Below, piece by piece: positions 1 to 9,144 of a stretch of DNA of 43,364 nt. Within the stretch, counting starts at the first letter, position 1; each line of letters begins with the position of its first letter. Origin of the DNA: a virus (Duplodnaviria > Caudoviricetes); the IMG/VR virus record IMGVR_UViG_3300028840_000561, positions 1 through 43,364 of that record; one strand, given 5' to 3'. A program made the position numbers and the translations under genes. The notes under the pieces are model-generated. The model saw only the letters and a list, made by a program, of their open reading frames with translations, did no database searches and was not told the origin of the DNA.

Positions 1-62
1 CTGACTCGCAGGTAACATGCCGACTCCCACAGTGTAACGTGTGGGGGGTTTTGACCTGTGGT

Positions 63-248
63 TTAAGGGAGAATATGGGATGGTGGCTTGGTAGGCTCAG
101 TAGTTTTCTTAGCTTCAAAATTTTCATGCAGGAATCTTTTACTATCTCCGTCCTTTAGCCACGTACAGGGATTATCATGAAGGCAGCGTATGAACTCATC
201 TGGCACAGTTTTGTAGTATCGGCAGTTAATACAATTTACTTCTGTCAT
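63..248 (-). CDS. small Cys-rich hypothetical early protein
   Basis: 61 aa ORF with CxxC..C..C; AAGGA upstream; first gene downstream of the leftward promoter. Confidence 0.6.
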   Translation of the reverse strand: MTEVNCINCRYYKTVPDEFIRCLHDNPCTWLKDGDSKRFLHENFEAKKTTEPTKPPSHILP

Positions 249-286
249 TCTTATTATCCTTCATGTGAGATAGCAGGAAGACTTAC

Positions 287-413
287 GCAGTTATGCGAGC
301 AAGTTGCTGTATAACTTGTGCGAGCAGAACAAAGAGGCTCGCCACTCTGTGACGCGAGCTAGATTCGTATGCTATGCATGCTATGTTCGCTCCATAACTG
401 CTATGCTCGCATA
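287..413. repeat. cluster of GCGAGC/GCTCGC inverted repeats in the early leader
   Basis: GCGAGC at 295, 320, 354; GCTCGC at 337, 405; 292-301 is the perfect reverse complement of 404-413; 287-300 nearly complements 389-401. Confidence 0.7.
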
Positions 414-441
414 GTATACCATAAAAAACTGTAAAAGTCAA
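413..441 (-). promoter_or_regulatory. sigma70-type leftward (early) promoter
   Basis: minus strand TTGACT (441-436), 17 nt spacer, TATACT (418-413). Confidence 0.75.
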
Positions 442-660
442 GACATTTCTTTGTATAGTAGTAGCTAACAGTAAGATGTATATGTACTTAGCATGTGTAT
501 CTTTTTTATACGTTCTTGTTAATAGCTACAATATAGCAAGTTAGGGGAAAAAATCACTTATACTATACAATATACGGTGTGTAAAAACTATACACTTTTA
601 GTTGCTAGGGGTCATCCTCAAAAAAAGTTGCTATATTTTGCAGAAAAAAATATTTTCTAC

Positions 661-687
661 TTGACTTTGCTGCCGTTTTGCTATAAT
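661..687 (+). promoter_or_regulatory. rightward sigma70-type promoter
   Basis: TTGACT at 661 and extended -10 TGcTATAAT at 679-687 (short 15 nt spacer); AT-rich UP-like tract upstream. Confidence 0.6.
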
Positions 688-724
688 ATATAATATGAAT
701 ATTACATTATATAGGGGCAAGGCG

Positions 725-958
725 ATGGGCATACAGTTTTCACCTACAGAGGTACTAGTCGAGGTCAGGGATGCAGCGGTAGAGGTGCTGAAAGGTGCTA
801 TCCGTAGACAGTTCAAGTCTAACGGTGGGAGCATCACAGCTCTTAACTTCTCAGCCTGTCCAAGATGTATTACCACTGGTGTAGTCACTGTAGACAACCA
901 ACGTCAACCTGAATACTGTAAGTGTCAGGCTGGTAAGGTACTGCTTGAGAATCTTTGA
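725..958 (+). CDS. hypothetical protein with CxxC/CxC motifs
   Basis: ORF 695..958; ATG 725 chosen for purine-rich SD; CPRC..YCKC. Confidence 0.6.
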   Translation: MGIQFSPTEVLVEVRDAAVEVLKGAIRRQFKSNGGSITALNFSACPRCITTGVVTVDNQRQPEYCKCQAGKVLLENL

Positions 959-991
959 TTCGCAAGTTAACAAGTCTACAAGGAAGCTACT

Positions 992-1744
992 ATGGGGAGC
1001 ACGGTTACGGGGAATGCCTCCGTACCTGGAAAAGCAAAGAAGTCTAAAGCTCCGCAAGGTAGAAAACTGGATGAACTCACTAGGAAACGAGTAAAACAAA
1101 CTCTCAGTTTCTATCCTCTGACTAGAACCGGGTGTCGTGCGTGTGCCTACGAGCTTGGTCGTCAGGGGATAGAGATTGCAGAGTGTACTCTCTACGATTA
1201 CATTTCGCAAGCAGAAGGTAAACAGGAGATACTTGCCATACGAGCTAAGACTTGGGGCAAGTTAGCAGAAGTTCCTGTCTTCCACAGAGTCTTCCGTCTT
1301 CACAAACTTCAAGAAATCCTAGACGATTCAGCTACTAGCAGGGATAAGATAAATGCCCTCAAGGAAGCTCGTGTAGAAGTTGAAAGTTACAAGGAAGGTA
1401 TGACTAAGTTTTCAGATGATGAGTTCTCTAGGCTGCCTAAGGCTGTACAGGCTGTCCTAGAATCTCAATGTGAACGTATAATAGAAGCTGAATACTCAGT
1501 TGTGGAGGAGAACAAAGATGCCACTGACCCACCTATCAATGGTAGAGAACCCGATACTTCCGTATTGCAACCAGCCACTGAGGGAGTTGAAGAAGAAGGG
1601 GGAGACTCTACAGAACGAAGTAATGAAGACCTCCTGCAAAAAATGCTTGACACAGTGCAAGACGCAGAGCTTGTCGAAGATACCGAATCTGAGGGACAAA
1701 CTGATTTCGGTGAAGAAGGAGATAGAACAGGAGATTTCTTTTAA
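992..1744 (+). CDS. putative terminase small subunit
   Basis: basic HTH-like N-terminus, helical core, acidic tail; lies upstream of TerL. Confidence 0.5.
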   Translation: MGSTVTGNASVPGKAKKSKAPQGRKLDELTRKRVKQTLSFYPLTRTGCRACAYELGRQGIEIAECTLYDYISQAEGKQEILAIRAKTWGKLAEVPVFHRVFRLHKLQEILDDSATSRDKINALKEARVEVESYKEGMTKFSDDEFSRLPKAVQAVLESQCERIIEAEYSVVEENKDATDPPINGREPDTSVLQPATEGVEEEGGDSTERSNEDLLQKMLDTVQDAELVEDTESEGQTDFGEEGDRTGDFF

Positions 1745-1799
1745 TGAGAAGTATGCTAGGGTAGTTGCTAAGAGAATTGAGGACTTGCGTAATGGGTAA
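1518..1799 (+). CDS. hypothetical protein overlapping the TerS 3' end
   Basis: GGAGGAG SD before ATG 1518; CKKC and coiled coil; stop overlaps next start. Confidence 0.6.
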   Translation: MPLTHLSMVENPILPYCNQPLRELKKKGETLQNEVMKTSCKKCLTQCKTQSLSKIPNLRDKLISVKKEIEQEISFNEKYARVVAKRIEDLRNG

Positions 1800-2061
1800 T
1801 CCATGTGTAAACTTGTCAGGTGATAAATGTGCCGAATTTCCGACTGCTACTACTGTAGATTGTCCTCATGGTGGAGCAGGAAAGAATAGAGGTGCTACAT
1901 GTCCATCTAAAGGTATAGAGTTTAAGATGGGAAATGAGGGGAAGCCAAAAAACTATTCACAAGTTACCAAAATTCCTAAGCCGATACCTACAGATGAAGT
2001 ATCTATTAGGATTCTTAACACAATTGACAAGCTGATTGATTTGCTAGGAAAGTCTAAGTAA
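1792..2061 (+). CDS. hypothetical Cys-containing protein
   Basis: GAGGA SD; TAATG coupling to next gene. Confidence 0.6.
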   Translation: MGNPCVNLSGDKCAEFPTATTVDCPHGGAGKNRGATCPSKGIEFKMGNEGKPKNYSQVTKIPKPIPTDEVSIRILNTIDKLIDLLGKSK

Positions 2062-2702
2062 TGGATGATGTTTGGTACATACTAGGAACCTCCAAGGATA
2101 TCAACAACATAGACGGCAAGTGGTTTAATGGTAAATCTATCATAGCTATGAATGGTAGCTATGAAATAGCTGCCAAGTATGGTAGGCAAGTAGATGAGTG
2201 GATTTGCCATGACCAGTGTTTCATGTTCTTTAAGGAGATTGTACATAACTCAATACCTGCTTTTAGGAAGTGGGTACTTTACGATTATGCTGTAGATGAA
2301 AGGCTGCAAAGGTTTAGACCTAACAGGACTAACTATGAAAGGTGGAAAGACCACAACGTCTGGTTTTATACTGTTAGGACTAGTCGTACTAATCTTCCAG
2401 AGCTTAAACCTCATATTGCTAAATCACCTTCGGATAACCTCACTATTCTGGATAACTACATCTATACTATCTTTACTGCTACTTCTTTGGCTGTTGGACT
2501 TGGTGCTAAGGAGATAAGGTATAGAGGTGTAGAGCTAGGTGGTTCTCACTTTAATGATAAGAAGAAGTGTAACCTAGACCATCACTACGGAGAACAGAGT
2601 ATGAAGTTTAAGAAGTTTATCATACCTGCTTGCGTAGAAATGGGTATCAAGTTAATCAACGAGACTCCTAATGCCCGTCACAACATCAACACCCCAAGCT
2701 AG
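2061..2702 (+). CDS. DUF115/Maf-like (sialyltransferase-fold) protein, paralogue 1
   Basis: ILGTSKD, IIAMN, D, TIFTATSLAVGLGAKEIRYRGVE..HF, IKLINET motif order. Confidence 0.6.
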   Translation: MDDVWYILGTSKDINNIDGKWFNGKSIIAMNGSYEIAAKYGRQVDEWICHDQCFMFFKEIVHNSIPAFRKWVLYDYAVDERLQRFRPNRTNYERWKDHNVWFYTVRTSRTNLPELKPHIAKSPSDNLTILDNYIYTIFTATSLAVGLGAKEIRYRGVELGGSHFNDKKKCNLDHHYGEQSMKFKKFIIPACVEMGIKLINETPNARHNINTPS

Positions 2703-4185
2703 GCCAGAGACTAAGAAAGCCAAGGTTAATAAGAGACTATTCAACATAGCTATGAAGAAGGCTCTTGCTAAACAGGCTATCAAGAATCACTGGCTATTTT
2801 GCAAGGAGATAATGGGGTTTGAAGATATAGATAATGACTTCCATAGAGACTTATGCCTTAGAGTAGGTAACGATAGAGAGAAAGATAAGCTTTACCTCCT
2901 ACCACGTGGACATCTTAAGACTTCAGTTGTTACCATAGCCAATACACTTCGCAGGATAGCGAAGAACTCCAATCACCGTCACCTTATTATCTCAGGAGTA
3001 GCCGAACATGCAGAAGACTGCGTTTGTGTCTGTGAAGATTACATCAAGAACGGAGACTCATTCAACTACTTCTACCCTGATATTAGACCGAAAGACTTTA
3101 GACACGTACTCTGGAGCCGTTCTAGGTTTACTGTTAGGAGAACTAAAGCCCTACCCAACCCAACTGTCGAAGCCCTTGGAATCTCTTCAACGCAAGCTGG
3201 AAAACACTATGAGAGGATAGTGTGCGACGACCTAGTTAACGATAAGAACTCAGACACTGCTGAGAAGAAGAAGCAGATACTATCTAGTTACCAATTATTT
3301 CTTTCACTGCTAGAACCTGGAGGTTGGAGGGAAGTTGTAGGAACTAGATACTTCTATGATGACCTGTATAACTGGATTCTTAAGTACGAAGACTTCGACT
3401 CCATGCTCAAGACAGTATATGAAGGTAAGAAAGGGCAGGAAACTCCAGAAGGAGAAAGAACCTATCTTTTTCCTCAGAAGTTTGACGATGCTATCTTCAA
3501 ACGCATTACAGCAGGTCAGAGTAAGTACCATGTTAGCTGTCAATACTTCAATGAACCCGTAGATAGTGAGCGAGCTAAGTTCAAAAAGTCATACATTAGG
3601 TACTATGACAAGATTGTAGACGATGAAGGTAAGGATAAGTACGTTGCTCACTACGTTTCTGCTGACCCTGCCGTTGGAAAAGGTAAGAATCGTGACAAAT
3701 CTGCTATTGTAGCAGTTGCTGTAGACTTAGATGCTAACGTTTATGTGCGTCAGTACGTACATTTACAGATGTCAAGCTCTCAATTCATGGATTATATAGC
3801 TTCTTTCTACAGAAAGTATGCTCCTATGTTTGTTAGAGTGGAAACTAACGTAGGATTCTTGATTTTACAAGAGACTTTTGCCAAGTATCTTGAGGAACAG
3901 AAGCTAAACATACCTCTTGACTACGTACAGTCACCAAATACTGCTAATGCTAAGGCTATTCGCATAGAATCTATGGAACCTGCCTTCAAAGCAGGTAGGG
4001 TATTTATCAAAGAGGACATGGTTGACTTAGAAGACCAGTTAATTAGGTATCCAGCATCTCACGATGACCTCATAGATGCCCTTGCATGGATACTTCCTGT
4101 AGCTCAACCGCCCGAAAATCCAGAATATGAAGACGATAACTCTATATTTACCAAGAGTATACGCTTCAAACGTACTGGATATTGA
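2671..4185 (+). CDS. terL: terminase large subunit
   Basis: Walker A LPRGHLKTS, Walker B GKHYERIVCDD, coupling GTRY, nuclease SADPA..D and HDDLIDA. Confidence 0.95.
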   Translation: MPVTTSTPQARPETKKAKVNKRLFNIAMKKALAKQAIKNHWLFCKEIMGFEDIDNDFHRDLCLRVGNDREKDKLYLLPRGHLKTSVVTIANTLRRIAKNSNHRHLIISGVAEHAEDCVCVCEDYIKNGDSFNYFYPDIRPKDFRHVLWSRSRFTVRRTKALPNPTVEALGISSTQAGKHYERIVCDDLVNDKNSDTAEKKKQILSSYQLFLSLLEPGGWREVVGTRYFYDDLYNWILKYEDFDSMLKTVYEGKKGQETPEGERTYLFPQKFDDAIFKRITAGQSKYHVSCQYFNEPVDSERAKFKKSYIRYYDKIVDDEGKDKYVAHYVSADPAVGKGKNRDKSAIVAVAVDLDANVYVRQYVHLQMSSSQFMDYIASFYRKYAPMFVRVETNVGFLILQETFAKYLEEQKLNIPLDYVQSPNTANAKAIRIESMEPAFKAGRVFIKEDMVDLEDQLIRYPASHDDLIDALAWILPVAQPPENPEYEDDNSIFTKSIRFKRTGY

Positions 4186-4205
4186 AAATATTTTTATTTT
4201 TTTAC

Positions 4206-4233
4206 TTGACACTGGTATATAAGGACTTATAAT
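4206..4233 (+). promoter_or_regulatory. consensus sigma70 promoter upstream of portal
   Basis: TTGACA, 16 nt spacer, TATAAT, with T-rich UP element at 4186-4204. Confidence 0.8.
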
Positions 4234-4271
4234 ACCAGTTGAATAATGACCACTCTACATAAGGTATTGAT

Positions 4272-6365
4272 ATGGCTGAATTAAGCGTATATCAGCTCGA
4301 CCAGAAAGAGCAGCTACCTGACAAGGCAGAAAAGGAGCTGTACTTTCAGTTGTTTGGTGACAAAGTATCAGATGTAGACCAGGAAATGCTACGCAAGTTC
4401 AACCTTATGTTCGATGCTACTAGAGGATATAAGGACGAGTACTACACTCCTGTTTGGGACTTGGTAGATGATGCTGTTTTTGGTAACTCAGAACAACCTG
4501 ACGATGAGGATGAGGAAGATGACTTCCGTAGTACCATCCGAATGCGTGAGGGATACATACAAGAAGAGAGTATGACCTCAAAGGTCGTACCTTCTTTGCT
4601 TGGTAACGAACCTCCTATCTCAGTTGACCCTATACAATGGACAGAAGAGAAGTCTCTTAAGGCTTACGTCCTTGGTCAACGTCTTCACTACAATTTCCTC
4701 TACAGATGTAAGGGTGTCAAGAAGGTTATCAGATGGGTTAAGTCTGGTAGCAAGTACGGTCTTGGCATTATGAAGTTATTCTGGCTGTTTGACTTTGGTT
4801 GGAAGAATATGCGTCAGCCTGTCTACGATGAAGAGACAGGTGAGCTTGCTGGTTACTCCAAAATCAGAGGAAAACAGGTCAGGCAAGATAGGCCATGTGT
4901 AGTTAATGTCTCACCTAGAAACTTCTGGTGGAATCCTGATGCTGAGTGCGTTGATGACATCAGATGGGTGGTAGAAAGATACTACAGACCTATTGAATGG
5001 CTACAATCCCTTGGTGAACAGGGTATCTACAAGAACACAGATGACCTTGCACCAGTAGTTAGGCCGCCAAACCAACCTTGGACATCAGAAGAAAACAGAA
5101 CTGGCTCAGATAAGTACATCTACACCGGAGAAGACATGGTGGAAGTGTACGAACTGTGGACTCCTGACTACCAACTCACCGTAGGTAACAGAGATGTTAT
5201 CCTAGCCTTCAGAGATAACCCGTATGATGACAACATTATTCCTTATTACTTCTATAATGCCAGTATGCAGGATGAGAACTTCGTAGGTATTGGTGAAGTA
5301 GAACCTATCCTTGACCTTGAGGAAGGTGAGAACAGTATAAGGAATATGAGGCTAGACAATGTTAACCGTATTATCAATCGTCCTCTTCTTGTTGGTGCTA
5401 CTGCAGGTATCAAGGGCAAGAAGTTCCAGTTTAAGCCAGGTGTTATCATCCGTGCTGTTGACAGGAACCAAGTTGGGCCACTTGAGATGCCAGATGTTAC
5501 AAGTAGCTCTTATCTTGAGGAAGAGAAGTTCGAGCGTCAGATTGATAAGACGAATGGCAACCCTGAGATTGGTAGAGGTGAGCAAGGCAAGAGGTCAACT
5601 GCTACAGGTGACACTCTACGTCTTAATTCAGCAAATCTTCGTACTGACCTCAAAGTACAGGTGGGTCAAACTGAACTAGGCAGACTGTATCAAGACATGT
5701 ACAGGCTAGAACGTCAGTTTGGTGACAAGAATCGCGTCTATCGTGCTCAGGGTGAGGATGGTTTGTACTATGACTTTCCTCACGACATGTTGTACGATGA
5801 TGAGTATGAGTTCTACGTTAGAATTGGTGGATACATTGGCAACAAGATAACTGAGCGTCAGCAGTTTCTGCAGTTTGAGCAAGTTATGCTTAGCAATGAA
5901 GAAATGACTGCTGAGTATGACATGAGAGAGCTTGCTAGAGTGAATGCTAGTTTGTTTCCAATGATTATCAATCCTAACAGAATACTTAAGAAACCGATGG
6001 CTGCTCAGCCAGGATTTCAGAGGGATGCAGGGGATGAAAACGCTCGTATGTTACGTGGTGAGTTTGTTCCTGTCCTTGTTGGCGACCCGCACGGTGAGCA
6101 CATTACTGACCATCTTCCCTTACTCACTACGCCAGGTGTACCAGAAGAAGTTGTTAAGTTGGCAGCAAGGCATCAGAACGACCACCAGAAGCAACTACTT
6201 AAAGACCAGAGGATGCAAGGGTCTGTAGGTGGTAACATAGGTCAGGCTCAGATGAATGCAAGAGCTTTTGGCAACAGTGGCCTAGCAGGTGGTGATGCAG
6301 CTCAGGGATTTGGTGGTATGACTCAAGGTGCAGTATCTGAGCTTGGTGTAGGGAGTCCGGTATAA
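4272..6365 (+). CDS. portal protein (P22/SU10-like)
   Basis: 697 aa after TerL; KYGLGIMK, VSPRNFWWNPDA, RLDNVNRIIN, STATG motifs; Gln/Gly-rich tail. Confidence 0.88.
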   Translation: MAELSVYQLDQKEQLPDKAEKELYFQLFGDKVSDVDQEMLRKFNLMFDATRGYKDEYYTPVWDLVDDAVFGNSEQPDDEDEEDDFRSTIRMREGYIQEESMTSKVVPSLLGNEPPISVDPIQWTEEKSLKAYVLGQRLHYNFLYRCKGVKKVIRWVKSGSKYGLGIMKLFWLFDFGWKNMRQPVYDEETGELAGYSKIRGKQVRQDRPCVVNVSPRNFWWNPDAECVDDIRWVVERYYRPIEWLQSLGEQGIYKNTDDLAPVVRPPNQPWTSEENRTGSDKYIYTGEDMVEVYELWTPDYQLTVGNRDVILAFRDNPYDDNIIPYYFYNASMQDENFVGIGEVEPILDLEEGENSIRNMRLDNVNRIINRPLLVGATAGIKGKKFQFKPGVIIRAVDRNQVGPLEMPDVTSSSYLEEEKFERQIDKTNGNPEIGRGEQGKRSTATGDTLRLNSANLRTDLKVQVGQTELGRLYQDMYRLERQFGDKNRVYRAQGEDGLYYDFPHDMLYDDEYEFYVRIGGYIGNKITERQQFLQFEQVMLSNEEMTAEYDMRELARVNASLFPMIINPNRILKKPMAAQPGFQRDAGDENARMLRGEFVPVLVGDPHGEHITDHLPLLTTPGVPEEVVKLAARHQNDHQKQLLKDQRMQGSVGGNIGQAQMNARAFGNSGLAGGDAAQGFGGMTQGAVSELGVGSPV

Positions 6366-6676
6366 TGCCTGAGTTACAAACAAAAGAAGCTAAAGAGGTA
6401 GCAGAAGCTTTTAGGATTACCAACCAACAAGCACATCTAGTGTATTCACTAGTATGCAATGAGAAGTTGTTTTCAGCTTTAGTCGAGGTTGCGTCCGTTG
6501 TGAAGGGAGATGTAGTGGACACTACTTTCCCTACTGGCGAGATACTTTCTGACCATAGGAAGTACGACTTCAATCATGGCAAGCTGACTGGTATAGAAAT
6601 GCTCATCACTCGACTTGATGAGATAGCTGCTTTCGTGCGCGACCAAGCACGAGAAAGGGATAAGGATGTTCGGTGA
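6365..6676 (+). CDS. hypothetical head-module protein
   Basis: 103 aa helical ORF coupled to portal (TAATG). Confidence 0.7.
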   Translation: MPELQTKEAKEVAEAFRITNQQAHLVYSLVCNEKLFSALVEVASVVKGDVVDTTFPTGEILSDHRKYDFNHGKLTGIEMLITRLDEIAAFVRDQARERDKDVR

Positions 6677-7394
6677 AGAAGAAGACTTGGACGACCTCTT
6701 TGACCCTAACGAGGAAGACCAAGATACGGAACTGTCTGATGACGAAGAATCTGACCAAGATACTTCCGAAGACGACCTGGACGATGATGACTTGGAAGAA
6801 TCGGACGAGGCTTTCAAGAAACCCATTGCAGGTAAACTTACCAAGCGTAGCGAGATTGACAAGAAGATTGCCAATCAGGAGCAGCATATAACTACGCTTG
6901 AAGCTGAGAACCGTGCCTTGCGAGAGACAGTGGTTACTCAGAAACCTCCAGTGAGAGAAGTTGCGGAGGAAGAGCTACCTGAAGAGTTTGAGGAGCTAGA
7001 CGAGACAAGCAAGAAGCTGTTTAAGGGAATGAGTTCTCGTCTGCAGAAGCTCGAAGGTGAGCTAGAAGAGGCACGTGAGGAACGGTCTGTTAATACCTTG
7101 CGTGATGATTTTTCCCAAGAAGAACTTAGGAGTATGCTTCCACAAGCAAAGAGATTACTTGCTAAGCATCCAAAGCTGGATACGGCTACAGCGTTTTATT
7201 CTGTTGCCGGAAGGAGTATTGGTAACGTTCGCAAGGAACTTGACACTACCAAGAAGAAGTATAGCAGCTTGAAGAGAAGGGCTGCTTACGTTGATGGTGG
7301 TGGAGGCTCAGTTCCTAGAACTACTAAGCGAATGAAGCAAGTAGACTCAGAGCTTGATTCCATCTTCGATGATTCATCAGAAGGTGACGTTTAA
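6666..7394 (+). CDS. capsid scaffolding protein
   Basis: very acidic N-terminus, coiled coils; immediately upstream of MCP. Confidence 0.75.
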   Translation: MFGEEEDLDDLFDPNEEDQDTELSDDEESDQDTSEDDLDDDDLEESDEAFKKPIAGKLTKRSEIDKKIANQEQHITTLEAENRALRETVVTQKPPVREVAEEELPEEFEELDETSKKLFKGMSSRLQKLEGELEEAREERSVNTLRDDFSQEELRSMLPQAKRLLAKHPKLDTATAFYSVAGRSIGNVRKELDTTKKKYSSLKRRAAYVDGGGGSVPRTTKRMKQVDSELDSIFDDSSEGDV

Positions 7395-7429
7395 GATTGG
7401 AAGTACTCTCCTAGCAACGGAGTTAAAAA

Positions 7430-8575
7430 ATGTCCCAAATTCAAGGTGGTCGCACCACACTTAATATCCTACAGGACCGTAGGGTATACGATGTGGAGAA
7501 AAAGATTTACTTGCTGAAGCCCAACCAGACTCCTATCTATCAGATTCTGGCTAAGCTCCCTGCAAGGAGAGTGGTAAACCCGGAGTACAATTGGCATGAA
7601 GACGAGCTTCTGTCTCGTTTTACCAATGTCAACTTATCAACAGGTTACGGCACATCTGAAACTTCTATCGTGGTCGATGATGCAAGCATCATTGCACCTA
7701 ACGATGTTGTTCAGGTTACTGCCACAGGTGAGAACCTGTTGGTTGAGAGTTCTACCCCTTCTACCAACACCATCGTAGTTGAGCGTGGGCTTGGTGGAAC
7801 CACGGCAGCAGCTATTCCTGATAACACTGAGCTTTTGGTTATCGGTAATACGTACACAGAAGGTGAACTCAGTGGTACTGCAGTAACAACTGTGGTTGCC
7901 AAGGTGTACAACTACTGCCAGATTTTCCGCAATCCTTTGCAGTTTACGGAAACGGAAGCTATCAGTGAGTTCCGTGATGAGAAGGATGAGAAGTACCAGA
8001 TTCGTAAGAAGGGCGAAGAGTACAAACGGGATATCGAACGTGGATTCCTGTACGGCTCTCGTAACGAAGTAACTGTCGGTGGACTTCCTCGTCGGCAGAC
8101 TGGTGGACTCACTGAGTTCGTGACAACCAACGTTGTTGATAACCTTGGTGCTTCACTTACCAAGAATATCGTTGATAACTGGATTCGTCCTATCTTCGAG
8201 AAGGGCGATAACGATACTCGTTGGGTCTTTGGTTCAAGCAAGTTCATGCAAGCTATTAAGAACATTGCGGAAGGTAATCTCCGTACTCTGCAGGGTGATG
8301 ATACTTTCGGTCTGCGTGTTACGGAATGGATTACTCCCTTTGGTCGTACCTTGCTGAAGTTGCACCGTGACCTTACTGGTGATGTGTATGGTTCCTACGC
8401 TATTGCTATGGATATGTCTCGTGTTAAGCGAGCTGTACTCCGTGACAGTAGGCTCAAGATGAATGTTCAGCCTAACGATGCAGACTATCGTAAGCATGAA
8501 TATCTCTCTGAGCAGGGCATGCAGGTCACTAACGAAGAGACTCACGGCATCATCAAGAACTTTGCTATTCCTTAA
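7430..8575 (+). CDS. major capsid protein (DUF5309/SU10-like, HK97 fold)
   Basis: TPI, YNWHEDEL, NYCQIF, KRDIERGFLYG, RQTGGL, WITPFG, SEQGMQVTNEETHG; followed by terminator. Confidence 0.9.
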   Translation: MSQIQGGRTTLNILQDRRVYDVEKKIYLLKPNQTPIYQILAKLPARRVVNPEYNWHEDELLSRFTNVNLSTGYGTSETSIVVDDASIIAPNDVVQVTATGENLLVESSTPSTNTIVVERGLGGTTAAAIPDNTELLVIGNTYTEGELSGTAVTTVVAKVYNYCQIFRNPLQFTETEAISEFRDEKDEKYQIRKKGEEYKRDIERGFLYGSRNEVTVGGLPRRQTGGLTEFVTTNVVDNLGASLTKNIVDNWIRPIFEKGDNDTRWVFGSSKFMQAIKNIAEGNLRTLQGDDTFGLRVTEWITPFGRTLLKLHRDLTGDVYGSYAIAMDMSRVKRAVLRDSRLKMNVQPNDADYRKHEYLSEQGMQVTNEETHGIIKNFAIP

Positions 8576-8595
8576 TGGTATAGCTTAGTAAAAAT

Positions 8596-8630
8596 GGGCA
8601 GGGAGCTTCGGCTCCCTAGCCTGTTTATTT
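8596..8630 (+). terminator. intrinsic terminator after MCP
   Basis: AGGGAGC-TTCG-GCTCCCT stem (cUUCGg loop) followed by GTTTATTT. Confidence 0.75.
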
Positions 8631-8644
8631 AACAGGAGCAAGTA

Positions 8645-9112
8645 ATGCCTATCTTTGTTAACAAACGGTATCCGAAAGTTAAGTACAACTACGCAGTTCA
8701 AACTGTCTATTCTGGTGGAAAAGAGATTTCTACCAACAAGACTATGGAGTTTAAGAATAGTCAGTTTCACACTGATGACCCTGAGCAGATGGAGGCTCTT
8801 CGTAATAGCAGCGACTATAAGCATGGTGTACTCACTGAGCTAAAGGAAACACCTCTTACTCGCTCCAAGCCTGAGAAGTATACTACAAGCAAGAGTAAGG
8901 GTGCAGTGAAGGATGATGGAAGTGGTGCTGACACTAATGTAACTGAGAAGATTGAAGTGCGTAAGATTCCTAACGCCAAACCTTCTCCGTCAGCTCAGCA
9001 TTCTCCTAACCATGATGGTTCACCTACTTCAAGGCGTGAGCCTACTAAGTCTGTTGTTGAGAAACCTGCTCCTGCTCCGGTCGAAGAAGACGACGACGAC
9101 CCGTTTGCTTGA
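8645..9112 (+). CDS. hypothetical post-capsid protein with disordered tail ending DDDDPFA
   Basis: AGGAG SD; small N-terminal domain then Pro/Ser/Lys-rich linker. Confidence 0.75.
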   Translation: MPIFVNKRYPKVKYNYAVQTVYSGGKEISTNKTMEFKNSQFHTDDPEQMEALRNSSDYKHGVLTELKETPLTRSKPEKYTTSKSKGAVKDDGSGADTNVTEKIEVRKIPNAKPSPSAQHSPNHDGSPTSRREPTKSVVEKPAPAPVEEDDDDPFA

Positions 9113-9144
9113 TAGGTAGCTTGCTCTCTAACTAGGAGAGCATA

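Noticed and set aside
2671-4185. Intein or intron in TerL (or DnaB)
   Set aside because: Both have ordinary length and contiguous motifs
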